DNA from: an uncultured Clostridia bacterium | GTDB lineage: Bacteria; Bacillota; Clostridia; Oscillospirales; CAG-272 | DNA length: 64,000 nucleotides | Direction of reading: 5' to 3' | Assembly: GCA_947630015.1 (NCBI GenBank) | Contig: CANRFY010000003.1 | Coordinates: 61,413 to 125,412 of the forward strand | Shown: piece after piece, positions 9,018 through 17,596 of the stretch | How positions within the stretch are numbered: position 1 is the first letter of the stretch | Layout of the letters: each line of letters begins with the position of its first letter | Notes under the pieces: model-generated | Databases searched by the model: none | What the model was told of the DNA's origin: nothing | Seen by the model: only the letters and a program-made list of their open reading frames with translations | Program-made: the position numbers and the translations under genes

Positions 9018-9835
9018 GCGCCGAAAACGGACGCGGTATTGTTGGCGCCGTCCGCTGGGCATGGCGCGCGGCGTCGGAATTTCTGTATCCGCCGCGATGC
9101 GTATGCTGCCGCGGCGAGGCTCCTGTCGGCGCGGACGCCGGCAGATACGCGATGCTGGCCGATCCCGATTCAGTGTCGAGGGGATGCCTGTGCGCGCGGT
9201 GCCTGTCTGATCTGGAGACGTCGAAAAACGAACTGTGCAGCATCTGCGGGCGGCCGTATTGCGAATGCGAATGCGCGCCGGAGGCGCTCGTCTCGATCGG
9301 GATCGACGCTTGCGGCTGCTGCTTTTCATACGACAAGGGACGGCGCGGATGCGCGTCGTCAAGGCTCATTTATTCGATAAAAAGCACGGAGAACAGGGAC
9401 AGCATCAGCTTTGCGGCGAGCCTTTTGGCCGAGCGGATCAGACGCGGCGGCGATTCTGCGATATCGAACGCGGTTTTGACATTTGCACCGAGGCGGAGCC
9501 GGTCCGTGCGCGAGCATGGCGGCGACCACATGATGATGACGGCGAAGCAGCTGTCGCGGCTGCTCGGATGCGAGATGATATGCGCGTTCAAGAATACGGC
9601 GCGGGACGCGCAGAAGACGAAATCGGCGGCGGAGCGCGCCGAATCGGCGTCGGAATCTGTCAGGCTGAGACGCGGGATAAGCGAAAAAATATCACAAAGG
9701 CGCGTCATTTTGATCGACGATATAATAACGACAGGCTCGACGCTGTCCGCGTGCGCGTCGCTTTTATACGACGCCGGCGCGGATTCCGTGTCGGTATATG
9801 CGCTTGCAAAGACGAAACGGTCGAAAAAGGAATAA
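9014..9835 (+). CDS. comF: ComF family protein (zinc ribbon plus phosphoribosyltransferase-like domain)
   Basis: LYPPRCVCC...CARC...CSICG; PRT motif ILIDDIITTGSTL; GGAGG RBS with an ATGA overlap with recD2. Confidence 0.85.
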   Translation: MSAENGRGIVGAVRWAWRAASEFLYPPRCVCCRGEAPVGADAGRYAMLADPDSVSRGCLCARCLSDLETSKNELCSICGRPYCECECAPEALVSIGIDACGCCFSYDKGRRGCASSRLIYSIKSTENRDSISFAASLLAERIRRGGDSAISNAVLTFAPRRSRSVREHGGDHMMMTAKQLSRLLGCEMICAFKNTARDAQKTKSAAERAESASESVRLRRGISEKISQRRVILIDDIITTGSTLSACASLLYDAGADSVSVYALAKTKRSKKE

Positions 9836-9875
9836 AAAGGCAGCAACACGTCGGAATTATGCGCCCTTTGCATAC

Positions 9876-9904
9876 TTGAAAATCGCGCGTGCATCATATA
9901 TAAT
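9876..9904 (+). promoter_or_regulatory. SigA-type promoter upstream of the mreB-like gene
   Basis: TTGAAA-17 nt-TATAAT. Confidence 0.7.
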
Positions 9905-9961
9905 TAAAGGGAATATCCATGCGCCGCGAACGCGGCTCGATTATATAAAAGGCAGAAAATA

Positions 9962-10990
9962 ATGTTTCAGAGGGATATAGGTATCGACCTCGGCACGGCA
10001 ACGGTCCTTGTCTACGTAAAGGGCAAGGGGATCGTGCTTAAGGAGCCGTCGGTCGTGGCGATAGATAAAAATACGGACAGAATACTGAAGGTCGGCAGGG
10101 AAGCGCAGCAGATGCTGGGACGCACGCCGGGCAATATAGTGGCGATCCGACCGCTCCGCGACGGCGTCATAAGCCAATACGAGATCACCCTTCGCATGAT
10201 ACAGCATTTCATACGTCAGGCGAACGGCCCGATCGTGTTCAAGCCGCGCGTCATGATATGCGTACCGAGCGGGATCACGGAGGTCGAGGAGCGCGCCGTC
10301 GTCGACGCGGCGACGCAGGCCGGCGCGAAAAAGACGTATCTGATCGAGGAGCCGGTCGCAGCCGCGATCGGCGCGGGACTCGATATATCGCTGCCGAACG
10401 GCAACATGGTGATCGACATCGGCGGCGGCACGACTGATATCGCAGTCATATCGCTGGGCGGCGTCGTCGTGTCGGAATCGATCAAGATCGCGGGCGATAA
10501 ATTCGACGAGGCCATAATCAGATACGTGCGCAGAAAGTACAACGTCCTGATCGGCGAGCGCACCGCCGAGGCGATCAAGATCGCGATCGGATCGGTGTGG
10601 AACCGCGAGGAGCGCAAATACATCGACGTCAAGGGGCGCTGTCTCATACAGGGACTGCCAAAGATGATACGCGTCTGGTCGGACGAGATGATCGAGGCGC
10701 TCGAGGAGCCTATAACCTCGATTGTGGAGGCCGTATGCGCCGTTATCGAACGGACGCCGCCGGAGCTGATCGGCGACGTCGTCGCAAACGGCATCGTCAT
10801 GACGGGCGGCGGCAGTCTGCTCTACGGTCTTGACAATCTCATCGCAAACGCGACGGGGATACCGACGCGCGTCGCCGACAAGGCGATATCGTGCGTCGCG
10901 CTCGGAACGGGCAAATCGCTCGACAATATTTCGATGATCCCCGAAGGCGCAATCAATATTTCGCGTTCGCGCACGGAGCAGTTCGGCTGA
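9962..10990 (+). CDS. mreB: MreB-family rod-shape protein (Mbl-like; no mreC/mreD adjacent)
   Basis: IGIDLGTA, EPSVVA, RPLRDGVI, DIGGGTTD, GGGSLL. Confidence 0.93.
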   Translation: MFQRDIGIDLGTATVLVYVKGKGIVLKEPSVVAIDKNTDRILKVGREAQQMLGRTPGNIVAIRPLRDGVISQYEITLRMIQHFIRQANGPIVFKPRVMICVPSGITEVEERAVVDAATQAGAKKTYLIEEPVAAAIGAGLDISLPNGNMVIDIGGGTTDIAVISLGGVVVSESIKIAGDKFDEAIIRYVRRKYNVLIGERTAEAIKIAIGSVWNREERKYIDVKGRCLIQGLPKMIRVWSDEMIEALEEPITSIVEAVCAVIERTPPELIGDVVANGIVMTGGGSLLYGLDNLIANATGIPTRVADKAISCVALGTGKSLDNISMIPEGAINISRSRTEQFG

Positions 10991-11061
10991 GGCGCGAACT
11001 CGGGCGGGAATATTTGCTGCTTCCCGCATCGACCGGCACGGCCGGTCATGGAAATGAATAT

Positions 11062-11108
11062 AAAACCGTTCGCATTTCACCGGCAGACCGGCGCGCGAAC
11101 GGTTTTTT
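11062..11108 (+). terminator. Branched intrinsic terminator-like hairpin after mreB
   Basis: AAAACCGTTCGC...GCGAACGGTTTTTT with an inner CCGG/CCGG hairpin. Confidence 0.6.
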
Positions 11109-11206
11109 GCTGTATTTGCCGGCGGCAAATCACTTGCCGCGTCGAGCAGTCGGCTCTTTACCGCCGGCGATTTTGCCGCGCCGCCGCGTTCGATCGAAAA
11201 TAAATG

Positions 11207-11235
11207 TAGACGCCGCGCGATTTATGTGGTAAAAT
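11207..11235 (+). promoter_or_regulatory. SigA-type promoter with extended -10, upstream of the fucosidase
   Basis: TAGACG-17 nt-TAAAAT, with TG at the extended -10 position. Confidence 0.55.
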
Positions 11236-11267
11236 TATAAAAAAGCACGCGATCAAAGGAGCATGAT

Positions 11268-12758
11268 ATGAACGCTATGCAGAAAAGCTTCCGCGAGGAT
11301 TACCTGCGGCGTATCGACGAGGTGATCGGGCGCGGCCGGTATAAGCCCGATTGGAATTCGCTGTCGCAGTATGAGACGCCGCGCTGGTTCCGCGACGCGA
11401 AATTTGGCATATTCATCCACTGGGGCGTTTACAGCGTACCGGCGTTTGCAAACGAATGGTACTCGCGTTCAATGTACATCGAGGGGACGCGCGAGTTCGA
11501 GCATCACGTAAAGACATACGGACCGCAAAAGGATTTCGGCTACAAGGATTTCATCCCGATGTTCAAGGCGGAAAAATTCAGCGCCGACGAATGGGCGGAG
11601 CTGTTCTCCGAGGCGGGCGCGAAATACGTCGTCCCCGTCGCGGAGCATCACGACGGGTTCCAGATGTACAAAAGCGAGCTGTCGGAGTGGAACGCGTACA
11701 ACATGGGGCCGTGCCGCGACACTCTCGGCGAGCTGAAATCCGCGTGCGAGCGCCGCGGGATGAATATCTGCGCGTCGTCGCACAGAGTCGAGCATTGGTT
11801 CTTCATGGGACACGGCAGGGATTTCGACTCCGACATCAAAGAGCCGATGGAGTGCGGCGATTTCTACTGGCCGGCGATGCCGGAGCCGAATCATCAGGAT
11901 TTATTCAGCACGCCGACGCCGTCGGACGAATATCTGACTGACTGGCTGCTTCGCTGCTGCGAGATCGTGGACAGATACGCGCCGCGCCTCATCTATTTCG
12001 ACTGGTGGATACAGCACAGCGCCGTCAAGCCGTATCTTATGAAATTTGCCGCGTACTACTATGACAGAGCGGCCGAGATGGGATACGAGCCGGTCATATG
12101 CTACAAGCACGACGCGTTCGCGTTCGGATGCGCGACGGTCGACGTCGAGCGCGGTCAGTTTGCGGACTGCAAGCCGTATCCGTGGCAGACGGACACGGCG
12201 TGCGCGTACAATTCATGGTGCTACACGGAGAACAATCACTTCAAGGACCCGATCTCGATAATCCGCGATTTTGTCGATATCGTATCGAAGAACGGGAATC
12301 TGCTCTTAAACGTCGGTCCGCGCGCGGACGGCACGATCACGGCGGAGGACGCGAACATTCTTTACACGATCGGAAAATGGCTCAAAGCGAACGGCGAGGC
12401 GATCTACGGCACGCGCCCGTGGCGCGTATCGGCGGAGGGGCCGACGGCGATACCGGAGGGGCAGTTCACGGACGGCGCGAAGAAGGATTTCACATCCGAC
12501 GACGTGAGATATACGTGCCGCGGCGACTCGATTTACGCGTTCGTGATGAAGTATCCCGAATCGGGCGAGGTGAAATTCCCCGCGCTCGGGGAGAGGGACG
12601 CGTCGTCGAAGCCGAATTTCCACGGCATCGTCAAGAACGTCGCCGTCCTCGGCTCGGACGAAACTCCCGAATGGGAAAGACGCGAGGACGCGCTGCACGT
12701 TAAGACGAAATCAGTAAAAAGCGACGCCCCCGTCGCGTTCCGCATCACGGTCAGATGA
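11268..12758 (+). CDS. Alpha-L-fucosidase, GH29 (cytoplasmic, no signal peptide)
   Basis: WFRDAKFGIFIHWGVYSVPA, AEHHDGF, YFDWW, SKNGNLLLNVGPRADG. Confidence 0.9.
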   Translation: MNAMQKSFREDYLRRIDEVIGRGRYKPDWNSLSQYETPRWFRDAKFGIFIHWGVYSVPAFANEWYSRSMYIEGTREFEHHVKTYGPQKDFGYKDFIPMFKAEKFSADEWAELFSEAGAKYVVPVAEHHDGFQMYKSELSEWNAYNMGPCRDTLGELKSACERRGMNICASSHRVEHWFFMGHGRDFDSDIKEPMECGDFYWPAMPEPNHQDLFSTPTPSDEYLTDWLLRCCEIVDRYAPRLIYFDWWIQHSAVKPYLMKFAAYYYDRAAEMGYEPVICYKHDAFAFGCATVDVERGQFADCKPYPWQTDTACAYNSWCYTENNHFKDPISIIRDFVDIVSKNGNLLLNVGPRADGTITAEDANILYTIGKWLKANGEAIYGTRPWRVSAEGPTAIPEGQFTDGAKKDFTSDDVRYTCRGDSIYAFVMKYPESGEVKFPALGERDASSKPNFHGIVKNVAVLGSDETPEWERREDALHVKTKSVKSDAPVAFRITVR

Positions 12759-12760
12759 GG

Positions 12761-12940
12761 ATGGTTTTTTGGGGCTTTGCCCCGCACCCCGCTTAAGGGG
12801 AACTTTTGAATGAAAGTCGAACTTTCCGCAAGCGGAAAGTTTCCTTAACAATCCCTTCAAAACTTTTATTACAAGGGGTATTTGGCAAGTGTGTTCGCCT
12901 TTGCGTCGCACGTTCGTGCGACGGCGAAGCGAACGCCGAT
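12761..12940 (+). repeat. Structured dispersed repeat, copy D (full, with an extra internal hairpin)
   Basis: ATGGTTTTTTGGGGC-TTT-GCCCC...CTTAAGG...CCTTAACAATCCCTTCAAAACTTTTATTACA...GTGTTCGC...GCGAACGCCGAT; starts 2 nt after the fucosidase stop. Confidence 0.9.
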
Positions 12941-12959
12941 TTGATCACATTCACGACAG

Positions 12960-12992
12960 AAAAAAACGAGGCGCGGGGCGCCTCGTTTTTTT
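12960..12992. terminator. Bidirectional intrinsic terminator
   Basis: AAAAAAACGAGGCGC-GGG-GCGCCTCGTTTTTTT, a perfect 15-bp stem between convergent genes. Confidence 0.88.
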
Positions 12993-13000
12993 ATAGCGGA

Positions 13001-14410
13001 TCAGAATTTGAAATAATTTTTCGCGTTATTGTATGAGATATCGGCGACGATCTTATCGGCGTCGGCGTCGGCGGGGTAAAGGCCGTCCTCGACCCAATGA
13101 CCGACTATATCGCAGAGGATACGGCGGAAATATTCGTGGCGCGGGTACGAGGTGAAGCTGCGCGAATCTGTCAGCATACCGAGGAACGATCCGAACACCG
13201 ACAGCGACGCGAGCGTCGTCATCTGCGTGCGCATACCGTCGAGCGTATCGGCGAACCACCATGCGCTGCCCTGCATCATGCGCGGGAATCCGTCACCCGA
13301 CGTCTGGAAGCTGCCGCAGAGCGCCGCGACGGCGGCATTCTGTTGAGGCGCGATCGGGTACAATATCGTGCGCGGCAGCGCGTCGTTTGAATCGAGATAG
13401 CTGCAAAGGGCGGCGAGCGTTTTCATCGGCACCGTGTCGCCGATCGTATCGAAGCCCGTATCGGGGCCGAGACGCGCGAACATACGCGCGTTCGGATTGC
13501 GCAGCACGCCGAAATGTATCTGCATCGCCCAGCCGCGCTTGACGTATTCGGAGCCGAAGAAGCGCATCATCTCGGTTTTGTAAAGGCAGACGTCATGCTC
13601 GTCGGTGATATTGCCGTTATTCAAAAGCGCGTTTTTGAATATGAGATCGGCGTGATACGGATCGGGCTTTACGAACGTCGGATAGACGTCGAAGCCGTGA
13701 TCCGCGACGCGGCATCCGTGAGCGGCGAAGAAATCGATGCGGCGGCGGTACGCCTCAAACAGCGATTCGAGATCGACTATTTTGACGCCTGCGGCGTCGC
13801 CGAGCTTTTTTATGTAGTCGCCGAAGCCTGCGGCGTCGACGTTGACGCCCTTATCGGGACGCCATGCGGGATAAACTCTCGTTGCAAACGTATTATCGGC
13901 GGCGATCGCCTCGTGATATTCAAGCGTATCGGCGGGATCGTCCGTCGTGCAGATCACCTCGACGTTGGAGCGGCGGATGATATTGCGAACGCTGTATTCG
14001 TCCTTTGCAAGCGCGTCGGCGGTCAGCTTCCAGATCTCGTCGCACGTTTCGGGCGAGAGGATGAGATCGCAGTCGAAGTAGCGGCGCAGCTCGAGATGGG
14101 TCCAGTGATAGAGCGGATTGCCGATCAGACGCGGCATCACGGACGCGTAAGCGCGGAATTTTTCGTAATCGGACGCGTCGCCCGTTATGTAGCGCTCCGG
14201 CACGCCGGCGGAACGGACGGCGCGCCACTTGTAGTGGTCGCCGCCGAGCCACAGCTCGGTGATATTGGAGCATTTTCTGTCCTCGGCGATCTCGCGCGGC
14301 GGGACGTGGCAGTGATAATCGATGACGGGGAGTCCTGCGGCGACGTCGTGATAAAGATGACGCGCCGTATCGGTAGAGAGAAGGAAGTCGTTATCCATGA
14401 ACTGTTTCAT
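13001..14410 (-). CDS. uxaC: Uronate (glucuronate) isomerase
   Basis: PVIDYHCH, LWLGGDHYKWR, GNPLYHWTHLEL, GSAWWFAD, GMLTDSRSFTSYPRHEYFRRILC. Confidence 0.96.
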   Translation of the reverse strand: MKQFMDNDFLLSTDTARHLYHDVAAGLPVIDYHCHVPPREIAEDRKCSNITELWLGGDHYKWRAVRSAGVPERYITGDASDYEKFRAYASVMPRLIGNPLYHWTHLELRRYFDCDLILSPETCDEIWKLTADALAKDEYSVRNIIRRSNVEVICTTDDPADTLEYHEAIAADNTFATRVYPAWRPDKGVNVDAAGFGDYIKKLGDAAGVKIVDLESLFEAYRRRIDFFAAHGCRVADHGFDVYPTFVKPDPYHADLIFKNALLNNGNITDEHDVCLYKTEMMRFFGSEYVKRGWAMQIHFGVLRNPNARMFARLGPDTGFDTIGDTVPMKTLAALCSYLDSNDALPRTILYPIAPQQNAAVAALCGSFQTSGDGFPRMMQGSAWWFADTLDGMRTQMTTLASLSVFGSFLGMLTDSRSFTSYPRHEYFRRILCDIVGHWVEDGLYPADADADKIVADISYNNAKNYFKF

Positions 14411-15540
14411 TGCGATTCTCCTTTTGCAAAAAAGCTTTTGAATTTTTCAAACGGCGTCGGCGTCCGGCGCGCGGGGACGGACTCGGACGCGTAAAGCCGC
14501 ACGCTGCCGAGGCATTCGCCGTCCGCGCCGTACCAGCTGACGCGGCCGAGCGTTTCGCCGCTCATAACGGGCGCGAACATGAACCGATAAAGCTCGACGA
14601 CGCGGCGCGGCTCCGGTGTGTCCGCCGGCACGCATATCGACAGCGCCTCGTCATTTTTCGCTATGACGAAATCGGCGTCCGCGCCGCAGACGGGGACGGG
14701 AAACGAAAGTGAGCCGGATTCGGCAAGTACGAGCGATTTATACGAGCGAAGGCCGTATTCGAGCATCGCGGCGTGATCGCGCCAATCGTCCGGATCGGAC
14801 AGCGTGACGGCGATCACGGTCACGCCGCCGCGTTCGGCGGCGGTGACAAGGCATCGCCCGCACCGCTTTGTGAAGCCTGTCTTGACTCCGATCACGTCGT
14901 CCATCGCGCGCAGCAGCTTATTGTGATTGACGAGCATACGCACACCGCCGTCGGCGGCCGGTATCGTATGCTTATACGTGGACGCGATCTTGCGGAAGGT
15001 CTCGTTTTTGAGCGCCTCCGCCGTAATCACGGCCAGATCGCGCGCGCTTGTGTAGTGATCCTCGTCGTCAAGCCCGTGCGGATTTGTGAAATGCGTATTA
15101 TTGAGGCCGAGCGAACGCGCGCGTTCGTTCATCAGCTCCGCGAACGCGTCGACGGAGCCTGACACGGCGACGGCGAGCGCCGTCGCGGCGTCGTTTGCGC
15201 TCGCGAGCATCACGGCGTAAAGCAAATCCTCGACGGTGAGCGTCTCGCCCTCGCGAAGATAAACGGACGAACCCTCGACGCTGGCGGCGTCGGCGGTGAC
15301 GGTGACCTTCATGTCGAGAGGGCATGACTCGATGACGCAGAGCGCCGTCATGATCTTCGTGGTGCTTGCCATGGGAAGACGCGCGTCCGCGTTCGATTCG
15401 TATATGACGTTTTGACCCGACGCCTCGATCAGGATCGCGGCGCGCGCCGACGTGCCGGAGAACGCGTTGACCGTCACGGCATGGCACGCCAAAAGCGGCG
15501 CGGCCAAAAGCGCCGCTGCGATCCGGCGGATAATTTTCAT
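14407..15540 (-). CDS. D-alanyl-D-alanine carboxypeptidase (S11, DacB/DacF-like)
   Basis: Signal peptide; SxxK (STTK), SxN (SAN), FTNPHGL and KTG motifs. Confidence 0.92.
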   Translation of the reverse strand: MKIIRRIAAALLAAPLLACHAVTVNAFSGTSARAAILIEASGQNVIYESNADARLPMASTTKIMTALCVIESCPLDMKVTVTADAASVEGSSVYLREGETLTVEDLLYAVMLASANDAATALAVAVSGSVDAFAELMNERARSLGLNNTHFTNPHGLDDEDHYTSARDLAVITAEALKNETFRKIASTYKHTIPAADGGVRMLVNHNKLLRAMDDVIGVKTGFTKRCGRCLVTAAERGGVTVIAVTLSDPDDWRDHAAMLEYGLRSYKSLVLAESGSLSFPVPVCGADADFVIAKNDEALSICVPADTPEPRRVVELYRFMFAPVMSGETLGRVSWYGADGECLGSVRLYASESVPARRTPTPFEKFKSFFAKGESQ

Positions 15541-15636
15541 AAATAAACTCCGAAACTGTATTATTCGAGTTTATTTTTCCGCGCGGCGCGCGGCGTCATA
15601 CGGGAAAACGCCGTGGAATTTTTTGAAAATAACGAT

Positions 15637-16179
15637 TTATTCTGCGGTATCTGCCGCCTCGTTTATCATCTCGTCGACGATCTCGTCGGAGATATCGTCC
15701 TCGTCGGACGGATCCTCGTCCGCCTCGGCGTCGGCGTCAGATTCAGCCTCGGCATCCTTTTTCTTCTTTTTGGGAAGCAGCGACTTGATCTTGTCGATGA
15801 GCGCCGGAGCCTTGTCCATTATGGCCGCCACGTCCGATTTCTGCGTCTGGACCGTCACGGGCAGAAGCTGGACGCCGCCGTCCGGCGAGATGATGAGAAA
15901 CGCCACGGGATCGACGGAAAGGCCGCTTCCGCCGCCGCCGCCGAAGTTGTTGCCATGCTCCTTATCCGACTTTGTCGCGTTTTTGCCGAGATAATCGAAT
16001 CCGCCGGAGGCGAATCCGACAGCGACCTTTGAAACGGGCAGGATCGTGATGCCCTGCGGCGTGTTGATCGGTTCGCCGATGATGGTGTTGGCGTCGACGA
16101 CGGTGCGGATGTTTTCGAGCGACGTTTTGATTATGTCGCTGATCTTGTTGCTTTCGCTGATCTTGTTGTTGCCGTTCAT
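15637..16179 (-). CDS. ytfJ: YtfJ/GerW family sporulation protein with an acidic tail
   Basis: VDANTIIGEPI...PVSKVAVGFASGG...FGGGGGSGLSVDPVAFL; ATG at 16179 with AAGGA upstream. Confidence 0.9.
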   Translation of the reverse strand: MNGNNKISESNKISDIIKTSLENIRTVVDANTIIGEPINTPQGITILPVSKVAVGFASGGFDYLGKNATKSDKEHGNNFGGGGGSGLSVDPVAFLIISPDGGVQLLPVTVQTQKSDVAAIMDKAPALIDKIKSLLPKKKKKDAEAESDADAEADEDPSDEDDISDEIVDEMINEAADTAE

Positions 16180-16202
16180 GGATTTGTCCTTTCTTGTTTG
16201 AT

Positions 16203-16931
16203 TTATGCCTGATCGCCGCGCGTCATTTTGACGCGCAGGAAATCGAAAACGAATCTGAATGCGAGACCGAAGACGGACCCGACGCGCACCGATACGCGCG
16301 CGCGAACGCGCGCCGTTATTTTGCCCGACAGGAAATTCGGTGTGATATATACGGCGTCGCCGCCGACTCTCAAGTCGGCATAGGACGAAAACAGCGTTAG
16401 CGCCGCGCCGACGGCCTGCGTCACGACGCCGTATGTGACGGCAGCCGCAGCGGCGTCGCCGCCGCCGACGTCGAGCCACAGACGCGATATCTCGACTCTG
16501 AGCTTTTTGGGCGCGCGCTTTAAAAGGGAAATGATGACGCCGCGTATCTCGTAAAGCAGCGAAACGACGCTCTGCTTCTTTTTCGTCCCGCGATCGCCGC
16601 GATCCTCGCGATCGCTGCCGTCCTCGCGATCGCAGCGTTTTTTGCCGTCGGTGCGGCCGCTTTGCTTTTTTTCAGCCTCGGCGCGTTTTTTTTCAGCCTC
16701 TTTTTCCGCTTCCTTTTTCGCCCTTGCGGCCTCTCTCTTTTTCGCGCGCTTATATGTGTAATCGCCGAGCTTCACGCGGCCGCCCTCGGACGGGACGAGC
16801 TTAATTTTCAAAAACAGATATCGGACCGTGAGCGTCAGGGAATCGTCGAGCGACAGCGACAGCGCTATTCTTGAATAAAGAAGAATAAACAGCAGCGCCG
16901 CGATCGCGGCAAGTATGATAAGCGCTGTCAT
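16203..16931 (-). CDS. DUF2953 (YtfI-like) protein
   Basis: N-terminal TM helix; GGGDAAAAAVTYG motif; directly upstream of ytfJ; GGAGG RBS before the ATG at 16931. Confidence 0.75.
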   Translation of the reverse strand: MTALIILAAIAALLFILLYSRIALSLSLDDSLTLTVRYLFLKIKLVPSEGGRVKLGDYTYKRAKKREAARAKKEAEKEAEKKRAEAEKKQSGRTDGKKRCDREDGSDREDRGDRGTKKKQSVVSLLYEIRGVIISLLKRAPKKLRVEISRLWLDVGGGDAAAAAVTYGVVTQAVGAALTLFSSYADLRVGGDAVYITPNFLSGKITARVRARVSVRVGSVFGLAFRFVFDFLRVKMTRGDQA

Positions 16932-16966
16932 TTGCGCCACCTCCGTTCGTTTTTGATGTGGAAGGG

Positions 16967-17596
16967 TCAGATGTCGATCTCGCCGGCGTCCGTCTCTTCG
17001 CCCGTGTCCTTCGCGCCCGATACGGCCGGCAGCTCGTCCACGGACGAGATGCCGAATACGCGCAGAAAATTCTCCGTTGTTCCGTAAAGGATCGGACGTC
17101 CCGGGACGTCGAGCCGTCCGCGCTGCTCGATGAGTCCCTTTTCGGTCAGGGACGAGACTATGTAGCCCGAATCGACTCCGCGAACGGTGTCGACATAAGA
17201 CCGCGTACACGGCTGATTGTATGCGATCACGGCGAGTACCTCGAGCGACGACGCGGACAAGTTGCCGCCGCGCCGTATGCCGAGCGCCTCCTTGATGAGC
17301 GGTGCGAACTGCTCCTTTGTGCAGAGCTGGCAGCTGTCGTCAAACGTCAGCATCATGATGCCGCGCGGCGAGCTGCCGCCGTCGTATTCGCGCGCCATCG
17401 AGCGCGCGAGCGCGCTCACGGCGTATTCGGGGATGCCGAGTACGGCGGAGAGCTTTTCATACGTGATCGGATGTCCGGCGGCGAAAAGTATTGCTTCGAG
17501 CGCGGCGGCGAGCGTTTTTTTGTCCGCGCCCTCGGGAAGAACAATGCCGTCGAGCGGATCGATGCTTTCTATCATAAGCGTGTCGTTGTCAATCAT
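16967..17596 (-). CDS. scpB: Segregation and condensation protein B
   Basis: ALEAILFAAG, LSASSLEVLAVIAYNQP, GRPILYGTTENFLRVFG. Confidence 0.95.
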   Translation of the reverse strand: MIDNDTLMIESIDPLDGIVLPEGADKKTLAAALEAILFAAGHPITYEKLSAVLGIPEYAVSALARSMAREYDGGSSPRGIMMLTFDDSCQLCTKEQFAPLIKEALGIRRGGNLSASSLEVLAVIAYNQPCTRSYVDTVRGVDSGYIVSSLTEKGLIEQRGRLDVPGRPILYGTTENFLRVFGISSVDELPAVSGAKDTGEETDAGEIDI

